Source: Chiloscyllium plagiosum (taxonomy: Eukaryota). Taken from it: 20,000 nt of DNA. The notes below the pieces were generated by a model. The model worked only from the letters and a program-made list of their open reading frames with translations, had not been told where the DNA came from and did not search any database. Positions 11,080 through 20,000 of this stretch are shown one piece after another; the first letter of the stretch is position 1, and the number at the start of each line of letters is the position of its first letter. The stretch covers positions 6,891,789-6,911,788 of the forward strand of contig NC_057750.1 in assembly GCF_004010195.1 (NCBI RefSeq). Direction: 5' to 3'. The translations under genes and the position numbers were made by a program.

Positions 11080-11209
11080 CTTTTTGCAGAGGACGTCTCC
11101 TTCCTGGGTGAGGATGGTGACTGAGGTATAGCATTGCTTCTTTTCGGAGGTGTTGCAGTCCCATTGGTGAGGGTGTGCCGCGAGGGCAATGTTTGCATGA
11201 AGAGACGGG
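11080..11209 (-). CDS. Probable internal exon (130 bp) of unidentified host gene: (A)RLFMQTLPSRHTLTNGTATPPKRSNAIPQSPSSPRKETSSAK(R/S)
   Basis: Non-repeat sequence; strong acceptor ctgctctttcttacccccaccccgtcctccgtag| and donor AAG|gtaggg; frame is phase-compatible with exon 13086-13128. Confidence 0.6.
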
Positions 11210-11394
11210 CTACGGAGGACGGGGTGGGGGTAAGAAAGAGCAGATTGTAAATCAACGACATTTCCCCAGGAACGTTAAACCCACGCCAACCTCCAACCCA
11301 GACTGCATCTCCTATGTACTATTGAGCAGTGCTCCTCACAGAGTGATTCACAGAGTGGAGGCTCCTCTGGGCAGTCCAGAGTTCGAGAGCAGCC

Positions 11395-11566
11395 GCAAAT
11401 TATTGTGGATGCTGGAATCTAAACTGAAAACAAAATGTGCTGGAGATAACAGCAGGTCAGGCAGCATCTACGGAGAGAGAGTAAGCTAACATTTCAAGCA
11501 TCTAGACTCTCCCTCCATGGATGCTGCCTGACCCGCTGTGATCTCCAATAATTTTTGTTTTGAGTT
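11395..11566. mobile_element. Short Penelope-like terminal-repeat palindrome
   Basis: Arms ~11423-11481 and ~11506-11565 are imperfect inverted repeats (ggtcaggcagcatc / gatgctgcctgacc). Confidence 0.75.
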
Positions 11567-11669
11567 CAAAGGGCAAGTTGGTGATGGGCAATGCTACGGT
11601 CAAGGATATATACAAGAGAACGTTCCGAATTCTGGTCCCCAAAACAAATTGTGAGAGGAAGGGTTCTTT

Positions 11670-11852
11670 TTTAAAGAATTAATTCATGGGATGTAGACGT
11701 TGCTGGCTGGGCCAGTGTTTATTGACCATGTCCTTGAGAAAGTGAGGGCTGAGCTGTCTTCCTGAATCACTGCAGTCCATTTGCTGATGGTACACTCAGA
11801 AGTGCGGTTAGAGAGGGGAGTTCCAGGATTTAGACCCAACGATATCAAAGAA
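11670..11852 (-). mobile_element. 3' end of an old CR1/L2-group LINE
   Basis: attcatgggatgt is the reverse complement of the acatcccatgaat terminus of the LINE at 15318-15580. Confidence 0.6.
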
Positions 11853-11924
11853 GCAAAGATTTACTGCAGATGTATGGAGCATAGGTAAGACCACATCTGG
11901 AGTGCTGTGTATAATTTTAGTCTC

Positions 11925-12560
11925 AAAAGCAGAAATTGCTGGAAAAGCTCTGGAGGTATGGCAGCATCCGTGGAGAGAAAGTAGCGTTAGCTTTTCAAAT
12001 CAATGCCTCTTCTTCAGAACTGTTGGTAGGTAGGAAAATGTCGGTTTTCAGGGAGGGAGTAAGGAGTAAATGATAGGTGGGGATAGAGTCTAAAGACATT
12101 TGGACAGACGGAGTGGGTAATGATCTGGCTTGGAGGGCGAATAGCTATTAATGGGAACTGTTAGTGGCTAACAATGGGTTGTGTGTAATAGCAGATAATG
12201 TGATAACAAGGGGCCTGGTGTGTGGGGGTTGGGGTAAGGATGTGGGAGAGCTCAAGCCCTGAAGTTGTTGAACTCGATGTTGAGTCCAAAAGGCTGCAGG
12301 GTCCCTGAGGGGAAAATGAGGTGCTTTTTTCCAGCTTGCCCTGAGCTTCACTGGAGCACTGCAGCAAGCCTGAGATGGGGGATGTTGGCCAGGGAGCAGG
12401 ACGGGCTGTTGAAGTGACAGGCAACAGGAAGCTCAGGGTCTTTTTTCCGGTCACCCAGTCTACGCTTTGTTTCCCCAATGTACAGGAGACCATTACATTG
12501 TGAGCAGTGGATGCAGTCAACTGGATTATGGGAAGTGCAGGTAAAGTGGTCCTCTTGCAT
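11925..12560 (-). mobile_element. Penelope-like element 3' part: GIY-YIG endonuclease remnant and terminal repeat
   Basis: FTCTSHNPVDCIHCSQCNGLLYIGETKRRLGDR..LPVACHFN; downstream CTGAAGA..GAAA motif and gatgctgcc..gagcttttccagc terminal repeat. Confidence 0.88.
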
Positions 12561-12562
12561 GG

Positions 12563-13075
12563 GAGTCTAAAACTGGGGGACATAATTTAAGAATAAGAGG
12601 TCTCCCTTTTAACACAGAGGTGAGGAGAATATGATTTCTCTCAGAGGGTTGGAAAAGCACAGCCGGTCAGGCAGCATCCGAGGAGCAGGAGAGTTGACGT
12701 TTCAAGCATAAGCTCTTCAACACACATTCCCGATGAAGGGCTTATGCCCGAAATGTCAACACTCCTGCTCCTCGGATGCTGCCTGACCGGCTGTGCTTTT
12801 CCAGCGCCACACATTTTGACTCTGATCTCCAGGGTCTGCAGTCCTCACTTTCTCCTTCCTTCAGAGGGTCGTTTGAGTGTGGAACTCTCTCTCCCAGAGG
12901 CAGTGGAAAGCTGGGTGTTTAAAATTTAGTCGAGGTTGCATCAGAGAGATTTTCGGTGGATGAGGCTGATGGGGTTAGGAGACAGGAGAGTGAAGCTGAG
13001 ACCACAGCCAGATCAGCCGCCACCTTATTGGATGGTGGAGCAGACCTGAAGGGCTGAATGGTCTCTTCGTGACCT
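12563..13075 (+). mobile_element. CR1 3' fragment interrupted by a Penelope hairpin
   Basis: gagtctaaaactgggggacataatttaagaataaga..ttctctcagagggt|..gtggaactctct..gaagggctgaatggtct. Confidence 0.75.
12650..12860. mobile_element. Penelope-like terminal-repeat inverted insertion with a hammerhead-like motif
   Basis: 69-bp arms 12651-12719 / 12734-12802; 9-bp TSD tcagagggt 12641-12649 / 12861-12869; CCGATGA-a-GGGC-ttat-GCCC-GAAA at 12730-12753. Confidence 0.85.
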
Positions 13076-13085
13076 TGAGTCCTAC

Positions 13086-13128
13086 CTTTCCTCACTGGAC
13101 TGGCTTGGATATGTGCAGCATGAGACAC
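13086..13128 (-). CDS. Probable micro-exon (43 bp) of host gene: VSHAAHIQASPVRK(A)
   Basis: Acceptor ccttgctgttgcttatgcttcag| and donor AAG|gtagga; ends in phase 1, matching the next exon. Confidence 0.5.
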
Positions 13129-13716
13129 CTGAAGCATAAGCAACAGCAAGGTCGTCTCTTTAGCGCAACGTGTGTGACTGTCGGGTTTGGCTGATTAATA
13201 TGGATGGAAACATTACTTTCTCTGAGGAATAGGATCACTCGGGAGAGAAACATGATGTCAAAGCTTTCTAAACTGCACTCATCAGGACCAACACAAGAAT
13301 GCCAAATATCAGACAACCGCAACAACTTGTTTATATCATTTACCACAAGTTATTTATTTACGGATAAGAAGAATGTTGTGACGATTTTATAGCATTTATT
13401 AGAATGTTACAAATAAATATATGGAACACTAATATTTAAAAAACAAAAAGGCTACACTTTTATTTCTGACAGGATATCATAATGTATGGTTAATAAGAAA
13501 AATAAATATATATCAATTTATTACATTCAGTAGCACGTAAGCTGCAAAACCTTTGCAGTTCCCACAAGTTCTCCCTTATTGAAGGGGCACGTGAAAATAT
13601 GCAGAACAGGCCTCATCAACGTCCTGTACAACCTCAACATGACGTCCCAACTCCAATACTCAAAGGTCTGAGCAATGAGGGCAAGTGTGCTAAACACTTT
13701 TTTAACCACTCTGACT

Positions 13717-14112
13717 ATAGAGTCATAGAGATGTACAGCATGGAAACAGACCCTTTGGTCCAACCCGTCCATGCCGACCAGATATCCCAACCCAATCTAG
13801 TCCCACCTGCCAGCACCCGGCCCATATCCCTCCAAACCCTTCTTATTCATATACACATCCAGATCCCTCTAAAATGTTGTAATTGTACCAGCCTCCACCA
13901 CTTCCTCTGGCAGCTCATTCCATAACCGTACCACACTCTGTGTGGAAAAAGTTGCCCTTTAGGTCTCTTTTATATCTTTCCCCTCTCACCCTAAACCTAT
14001 GCCCTCTAGTTCTGGACTCCCCGACCCCAGGGAAAAGACTTTGCCTATTGACCCTATCCATGCCCCTCATAATTTTGTAAGCCTCTATAAGATCACCCCT
14101 CAGCCTCCGACG
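13717..14112 (-). mobile_element. Younger CR1 (HER1-like) 3' end
   Basis: Close reverse complement of 6250-6625, including the ctctatgactctat tail. Confidence 0.92.
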
Positions 14113-14171
14113 ATGTTAAACAAACTTCAACAATTATGTACGTGAACCCGTAGATCTCTCTGTTTTACAAT

Positions 14172-14260
14172 GTCAAGGTTAGAGTGGTGCTGGAAAAGCA
14201 CAGCAGGTCAGGCAGCATCCGAGGAGCAGGAGAGTCAATGTTTCGGGCAAAAGCCCTCCT
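14172..14260 (-). mobile_element. Penelope-like terminal-repeat fragment
   Basis: gctggaaaagcacagcaggtcaggcagcatccgaggagcaggagagtcaatgtttcgggcaaaagccct, same family as 12651-12719. Confidence 0.85.
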
Positions 14261-14689
14261 TTTAAATTGTATGAGTCCTGCCTTTGTTTGTTTTACCAAA
14301 ATGCAATACCTCGCATTTATCCATGGATGGTGGATGGTGCATAGACTAAAGGTTTAAGAAACATTATTATGGAAAGGTAATGTTCAGTAACAGAGAAGGA
14401 ATTTGGAAAGGGTTTGAGATGGTGTAACAGCCACAATTTGCACTTATGTAACACTGTGGAAATGGGCAAAGCATCGCAAGGATGCTTTGCAGAAGAATTC
14501 GGGAACATTTGAGTCACGCGATGAGGATGTGATGCAACATCAACCAAAACACGCAGAGGCTCTATTGGGTATTGGGTGATGCCAGGTATTCAGAGGCTTT
14601 GTTCTAAGGGAACCAGGATGGGGATTGGGAAGTGGGGATTGGAGGTGGAACAAGGCAAGACGGAGTTATATCTCTGTCCATTGTCCCAT

Positions 14690-14832
14690 TGAGAAGCAGA
14701 CAGACAGAGAAAGAGACACAGAGAGAGAGAGAGAAAGAGAGACAAAAAGAGAGAGAGAGAGAGCAAGAATGGAGTCAATGGATGGAAAGAACGAGGTGAG
14801 AAGAGAAAGAGACACAGAGAGAGAGAGGAGAG
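14690..14832 (+). repeat. Imperfect (GA)n low-complexity tract
   Basis: Read directly from the sequence. Confidence 0.9.
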
Positions 14833-15317
14833 TGGGCAGCACTTCAGAGGCAAAGGAACAGAGTGTGCAGCTAGAGGCAGGCACCTGTTGGGAACAAACG
14901 CAGACAATAAGAGACTGTGAAAGATTTCAAAACAGATGGCATGATCCTGAATTCAATCCAACGGCAGAACCAGTGTGGTGGGTATTGCAACATCTAGGAG
15001 CACTCTATTTTGGATACCTTGGGATAGTAAGATTCACTGAATAAACTTCCTTGTATTGTGGTACAGAACATTCTGTGATTGTCAAAATATGTCTGAACCT
15101 TTGAAAGAGAAAAGTACGATTGCTTTTCGCTTTTGGTTTTGTGTACAAGAAGTTTTTAAGAAGAAAATAAATGACAATTGGTCATCAGCTCTAAATGATT
15201 ATGGTATAACTTTAGTTAGGCTAGAACAGTAATTGTATGTAGAGGGATTTATTAACTACAGTAACAAATATTGTGACAACAAAAGCAGATTAAAGTCTAG
15301 AAATCCTTCAGTGAGTA

Positions 15318-15580
15318 ACTCCTGACTCCCCAAAGCCTGTCCACCATCTACAAGGCACAAGTCAGGAGTGTGATGGAATACTCCCCACTTGCCCTGGATG
15401 AGTGCAGCTCCAACAACACTCAAGATGCTCGACACCATCCAGGACAAAGCAGCCCCCGCTTGATTAGCATCACATCCACAAACATCCACTTCCTCCACCG
15501 TCGACGCTCAGTAGCAGCAGGGTGTACTGTCTACAAGATACACCGGCCTAATCAGCGACAGCCACATCCCATGAATACAT
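15318..15580 (+). mobile_element. CR1/L2-group LINE ORF2 C-terminal fragment with an internal deletion
   Basis: LTPQSLSTIYKAQVRSVMEYSPLA..LDTIQDKA..LHRRRSVAAGCTVYKIH. Confidence 0.8.
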
Positions 15581-15704
15581 TCTTAAAAATGGAAGACAAT
15601 GCTTCAGAAGATACATTCTGTAAAAGGGATTCAGAATATTTGCACCAGGAATGTTTGTTGAGAGAAACAGCTGGAGCGTAAAGAACTAAAAGGGTCACAT
15701 GAAT

Positions 15705-15985
15705 AGAGTTACAGAACCATTGGTTATAACACAGATGAAGACCAATCAGCCCATGATTCTCATCCTGCAAGAACTTATCCCACTTACTCCACAACCTTGC
15801 AACATTTCAAATAATAATTAATACACTCTTGAATGTCTGGATTGAACCATCCTCCACTGCATTCTCAACCAGCACCTTCTCGATCCTAACCACTCACTGC
15901 AGTGAGAAATTTTCCTCATGTATTCATTGGTTCCTTTCTCAAACATTTTAAGTTTGCGTCCCCTGGTCTTGACCCTGACTGTCAT
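15705..15985 (-). mobile_element. Old CR1 3' remnant
   Basis: Minus strand catgaggaaaatttctcactgcagtgagtggttaggatc..gaatgcagtggaggatggttcaatccagacattcaagag. Confidence 0.55.
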
Positions 15986-16288
15986 CCACACAGATATAGA
16001 AATGAAAGCCAACCCCCACTTCCCAATCCCCACCCTGGTTCTCTTAGAACAAAGCCTCTGAAGACCTGGCTTCACCCAACAGAGACTTTGCGTGTTTTGG
16101 TTGGTGTTTCATCACACCCTCATCGCGTGGTTCAAATGTCCCCTAACTCTTCTGCAAAGCATCCTTGCGATGCTTTGCCCATTTCCACAGTGTTACATAA
16201 GTGCAAATTGTGGCTGTAATTTGCTGAGGTCGCAGTTGACTGGGATGTGGCCTCAACTCCACTTTCTGATCTACACCTGATAACCCTC

Positions 16289-16864
16289 ACCGACCTTGAC
16301 AGATGCACTATAGAAAGCATTCTATCTGGATGCATCATGGCTTTGTAAGGCAACCGCTCTGCCCGGGCCCGTAAGAAACTACAGGCAGTTGCGAACTCAG
16401 CCCAGTCCAACATGCAAGCCATTCTGTTGTGTTTCTTCCCAACACGTGTCTTTGCCTCTGAAGTGCTGCCCACTCTCCTCTCTCTCTCTGTGTCTCTTTC
16501 TCTTCTCACCTCGTTCTTTCCATCCATTGACTCCATTTATAATTCTTGCAGCTTCCAGTAAGCAGCCAGCATCAAAGACCCCCTCCCACCCTGGATATAA
16601 TCTCTTCCAAACACTTCTGTCAGGCAGAAGATACAAAAGCTTAAACACACATATCAACAGATTCAAGAACAGCTTCTTCCTCTCAAATTTCTAATCTCAT
16701 TCTGATCTTGCTTTTTGTACACCTTCTCTACAGCTGTAACATTATATTCCTCGCTCTGTTTGATCACCCTATGATCTTTGTATGGTATGATTTGCCTGTA
16801 CTGCACGCAAAACAAAACTTTTCACTGTACCGAGGTACATGTGACAATAATAAATCCAATCAAA
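16289..16864 (+). mobile_element. Rex1/Babar-type LINE 3' fragment with an inserted patch (~16422-16517)
   Basis: RCTIESILSGCIMAL*GNRSARARKKLQAVANSAQS..PSIDSIY..PSHPGYNLFQTLLSGRRYKSLNTHINRFKNSFF; tail gtgacaataataaatccaatc. Confidence 0.85.
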
Positions 16865-17158
16865 CTTTTAATTTCCTTGTTGGTCAAGAACCTACTGCCT
16901 TGTAGCAATTACAAAACTTCAATATCTTCTGTGTGCCTGAAACATTTTGTTGTGTGTGAGGACGGTGAGGGGGAGGAGGGCAGGAGCAGGCAGAGAGTGG
17001 ATGAATGCTGACAAGCCAATGAGACTGACGGGCAGCTCATTGTTACCAAGACAAGGTCACAAAAATCGCAGCAAACTCCAGCCTTCTAATCCCTCCATAG
17101 TCTCTGTCGTGTGCATTATCCTCATGAGGCTTCACTCCCGGAGAGATCACAGTCCTAC

Positions 17159-17215
17159 ATCAGATCTTTTCCAACTTGGATTCAGATCTGGCAAGGTCCC
17201 TTCCATCAGAACTCC
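17159..17215 (-). CDS. Weak candidate exon (57 bp) GVLMEGTLPDLNPSWKRSD
   Basis: Good acceptor gtatcttttttattaaacag| but weak donor GAT|gtagga; phase 0 is compatible with exon 13086-13128. Confidence 0.25.
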
Positions 17216-17550
17216 CTGTTTAATAAAAAAGATACGTTGACTTCAAATATTTACAGAAGTATTTTTCCAGCACCATTGCAAACCATTGTAAAGCTTGGAG
17301 CTGCAGCATCTGGCACTTCCCAGGGTGCCCAGAAAGAAGGAAATGAGCTACCAGAACAGGAAGCAGGAGGCCATGTTTGATCCCGGTCGCTGTGATCTCA
17401 GTTGGGAAGAAACACAATGTTTCAGCACCTTCTTCCAAATTTTTGGTCCAATTTTCTCATTTTTTCATTTGTTGTCCATTGCTACTTGCCCTCAAGAGCA
17501 GCAAAGGGTCAACCTCATCGGGTGAAGACCCTCCTTAAAACCCAACTCTT

Positions 17551-17801
17551 TGGCCAGGCTCTGCCAATGAGCTTTCATTGGCCAGGCTCTGGCAATGAGC
17601 TTTCATTGGCCAGGCTCTGCCAATGAGCTTTCATTGGCCAGGCTCTGTGAGCTTTCATTGGCCAGGCTCTGCCAATGAGCTTTCATTGGCCAGGCTCTGC
17701 CAATGAGCTTTCTTTGGCCAGGCTCTGCCAATGAGCTTTCGTTAGCTAAGCTCTGCCAATGAGCTTTCATTGGCCAGGCTCTGCCAAAGAGCTTTCGTTG
17801 G
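17551..17801. repeat. 28-bp minisatellite, 9 copies (tggccaggctctgccaatgagctttcat)
   Basis: Contiguous units starting at 17551, 17579, 17607, 17635 (24 bp), 17659, 17687, 17715, 17743, 17771. Confidence 0.97.
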
Positions 17802-18057
17802 TTGATTCTCCATTCATTTTGGATTGAGCCGCTGTGACATGCCATGAGGGTGCTACACAAATGCAGCTTGCTGTTGTAGGTCTTTGCCTAGACTGAACCA
17901 CAGGATGTCAGCAAGAGGACTCTGATCCACGCAAGGGAGTAAACAGAAGGTTGGTGAAAACTCCTAACTGACATCCATTGTTAGAGAAAGGAAGACATGC
18001 ATTTGTATAGCGCCTTTAGCTGTCCCACTGCAATCAACAGCCAATGAAGCTTCTTTT

Positions 18058-18350
18058 CCTTGGATAGTCCCTTGGGACTGAGGATGACTTTATTTCATTC
18101 TGGTGTTGTGGGTCCTGAGGTGATGAGACAATCCAATTCTTGATGTACACAGCTTGCCACAGGTGAGGAATTTCGTCTGCTCCATTTCATCTGCTCCGAG
18201 CTTGGGCTCGGGACTGCCATGGGTTGGTGAAGATCTTGCATTTCCATGAGAAGGCATTCAGGACGCCCTTGAAGTACTGCCGCTGCTCTCCTGCTCTGCA
18301 CTTGCACGACAAAACTCCGAGAAGAGAGCTCGATACTGGAGTCTGGTCTC
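18058..18350 (-). mobile_element. RTE-clade LINE 3' fragment
   Basis: Minus translation RLQYRALFSEF../GEQRQYFKGVLNAFSWKCKIFTNPWQSRAQARS resembles the RTE ORF C-terminus. Confidence 0.65.
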
Positions 18351-18369
18351 AGCAGAGCATGTTTGTGTC

Positions 18370-18817
18370 CAAGACATTAAATGATTTCAGGAAGGAGTTA
18401 GATATAGTTCTTAGTGTTGAAGGGACCAAAGGGATGGGGAGGAAGCTGGAAGAGGGGACTGAGTTGGATGATGAGCCTTGAATGAATGGGGGGCAGGTTT
18501 GAAGGGCTGAGTGGCCTACTGCCTGCTCCTATTTTCTACGTTTTTATGCCGTCAACCTGGCCCATCCAACACAACTGACTGATTTCAGCCAGAGAGTGGT
18601 GGCCTGTGGAATTCATTGCCACGGAGCGCAGTGGAGGCCAGGATGCTAAATATCTTCAAGGCAGAGTTTGATAAATTCTTGATCTTGCAAGGAATTAAGA
18701 GATACGGGGACAGTGCGGGTAAGTGGAATTGAAACACCCATCAGCCATGATTAAATAGTGGAGTGGACTTGATGGACCGAATGGCCTTGCTTCCACTCCT
18801 ATGTCTTACAGTCTTAT
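18370..18817 (+). mobile_element. Two tandem CR1 3' fragments (18370-18548, 18583-18817)
   Basis: gaagggctgagtggcctactgcctgctcctatt; gagagtggtggcctgtggaattcattgcca..gatggaccgaatggccttgcttccactcctatgtctta. Confidence 0.8.
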
Positions 18818-19157
18818 TGCAACCAGTGCCTCAGTGTTAGATATGTTGGCCTGACAGAGGACTCTATCATTGGAGTCTCTGTTCTTAAGGAATTTCAACA
18901 GATTGTCCTTGTCTCTGACAATATGGAAGGGTTGGTAACACTGCAACCCTGTGGACCAGGAGCCAGTGCCCCGATTGAGGTTGTCCGTTATCTGACACAC
19001 TTTCCCTCAAGATGGCCCATGGCAGACCTGGCACACAGTGGGGGCAATTTTGAGTTTCATCACTTGCCCTCGATGTGCCACTTTTAAAGGTACTTGCATT
19101 GTAGGTGCAGAGCAAAATCCCTCAAACACTAATGCATCATTGACCAGATCCTCTGGG

Positions 19158-19453
19158 AGGCAGCACGGTAGCTCAGCGGGTTTGCACTACTGCCTCTCAG
19201 CTCTAGGATCCCAGGTTCAATTCCAGCCTCAAATGATCATCTGAATGGAGTTTGCAGATTCTCGCTGTGTCTGCGTGGGTTTCCTCCCACAGGCCAGAGA
19301 TGTACAGATTGGCCATGCTAAATTACCTCATAGTATCCAGGGATGTGTAATTAAGATGGATTAGCCATGGGAAATGTAGAATTACAGTCATAGGATAAGG
19401 GGGCGGGTCTGAGTGGGATGTTCTCTTGAGCATCTGCAGGCTTAGGGATTCTA
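19158..19453 (+). mobile_element. Diverged HE1-like tRNA-SINE
   Basis: ggcagcacggtagctcagcgggtttgcac (A box), ggttcaattcc (B box), ggagtttgca..gtgtctgcgtgggtttcctcc core. Confidence 0.85.
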
Positions 19454-19624
19454 GTATTTTTTTTCCAAAAGGATATTGAGCGTTAAATCCCCCTAAGAGA
19501 TAACATGAAAGGCCACTCCACAGTAGCTCAAAAATCCATTTCCATTGCTGTTCCAAGCTTCAATTACCCAATGCATGAAGAAATTTATTTTATTTTTAAA
19601 GTCTGAAAGTTTGGCTCTAATTTC

Positions 19625-20000
19625 TAGAAACCCACCGGCTCCCACAGATACCTAGAATACCCTGCCTCCTGAAAAAATGCCATCCCCTATTCCCAATTCC
19701 TCTGCCTCCGCCCAGGAGGACCAGTTCCACCACAAAACACACCAGATGGCCTCCTTCTTTAAAGACCGCAATTTCCCTTCCCACGTGGTTGATGATGCCC
19801 TCATCCATGTCCCGCACCTCCGCCCTCAAACCTGACCCCTCCATCCACAACAAGGACAGAATTCCCTAGTCCTCACCTTCCACCCCACCGACCTCCGTAT
19901 ACATCGCATCATCCCCTGCCATTTCCGCCACCTACAAAAAGCCACCACCACCAGAGATATATTTCCCTCCCCCCCACCCACTTTCCGTAAAGACTGTTCC
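19625..20000 (+). mobile_element. Penelope-like element ORF fragment (RT thumb and linker)
   Basis: KPTGSHRYLEY..KNAIPYSQFLCLR..QMASFFKDRNFPSHVVDDAL..DRIPLVLTFHPTDLRIHRII. Confidence 0.85.

Larger units (their letters stand above)
13599..14322 (-). mobile_element. Older CR1 RT fragment, split by a younger CR1 and a Penelope piece
   Basis: Minus translation LALIAQTFEYWSWDVMLRLYRTLMRPVL; ggataaatgcgaggtattgcattttggtaa (DKCEVLHFG) at ~14294-14322. Confidence 0.75.
14428..16216. repeat. Long inverted repeat (arms ~14427-14642 and ~16009-16217); candidate non-autonomous TIR element
   Basis: Outer 70 bp are a perfect reverse complement and the inner ~140 bp are diverged; TAA on both sides (14425-14427, 16217-16219). 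Confidence 0.8.

Noticed and set aside
14590..15044. ORFs with ER/SL repeats
   Set aside because: Translations of the (GA)n tract.
15780..15800. Minus-strand splice donor gtaagt
   Set aside because: Lies inside an old CR1 remnant with no matching acceptor or open frame identified.
17551..17801. CRISPR array (28-bp palindromic repeats)
   Set aside because: Units are contiguous with no unique spacers, there are no cas genes, and the context is vertebrate; it is a minisatellite.
17551..17801. Canonical NFI palindromic sites
   Set aside because: Spacing is TTGGC-N8-GCCAA, not the required N5.

Overview
Eukaryotic (vertebrate) DNA made almost entirely of transposable elements. The repeat repertoire (HE1-like tRNA-SINEs sharing 3' ends with CR1/HER1-like LINEs, Penelope-like elements, Rex/Babar, RTE, L1, solo LTRs) suggests a shark or other cartilaginous fish; this is inferred from recalled repeat families. 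No intact long ORF is present. Positions ~923-10231 are one five-level nested insertion stack: solo LTR > Penelope terminal-repeat palindrome > full-length decayed L1 (1110-9958) > CR1 > solo LTR. A SINE and a further solo LTR also sit inside the L1, and most layers retain target-site duplications (TSDs). Two small minus-strand exons with compatible phases (13086-13128, 11080-11209), plus weaker candidate exons (17159-17215, 625-652), suggest the window is intronic to an unidentified host gene. The right half holds several Penelope hairpins with hammerhead-like motifs, long inverted repeats with perfect 70-bp and 88-bp tracts (14.4-16.5 kb), and a palindromic 28-bp minisatellite. I found no convincing new biological system; the notable features are structural and evolutionary.
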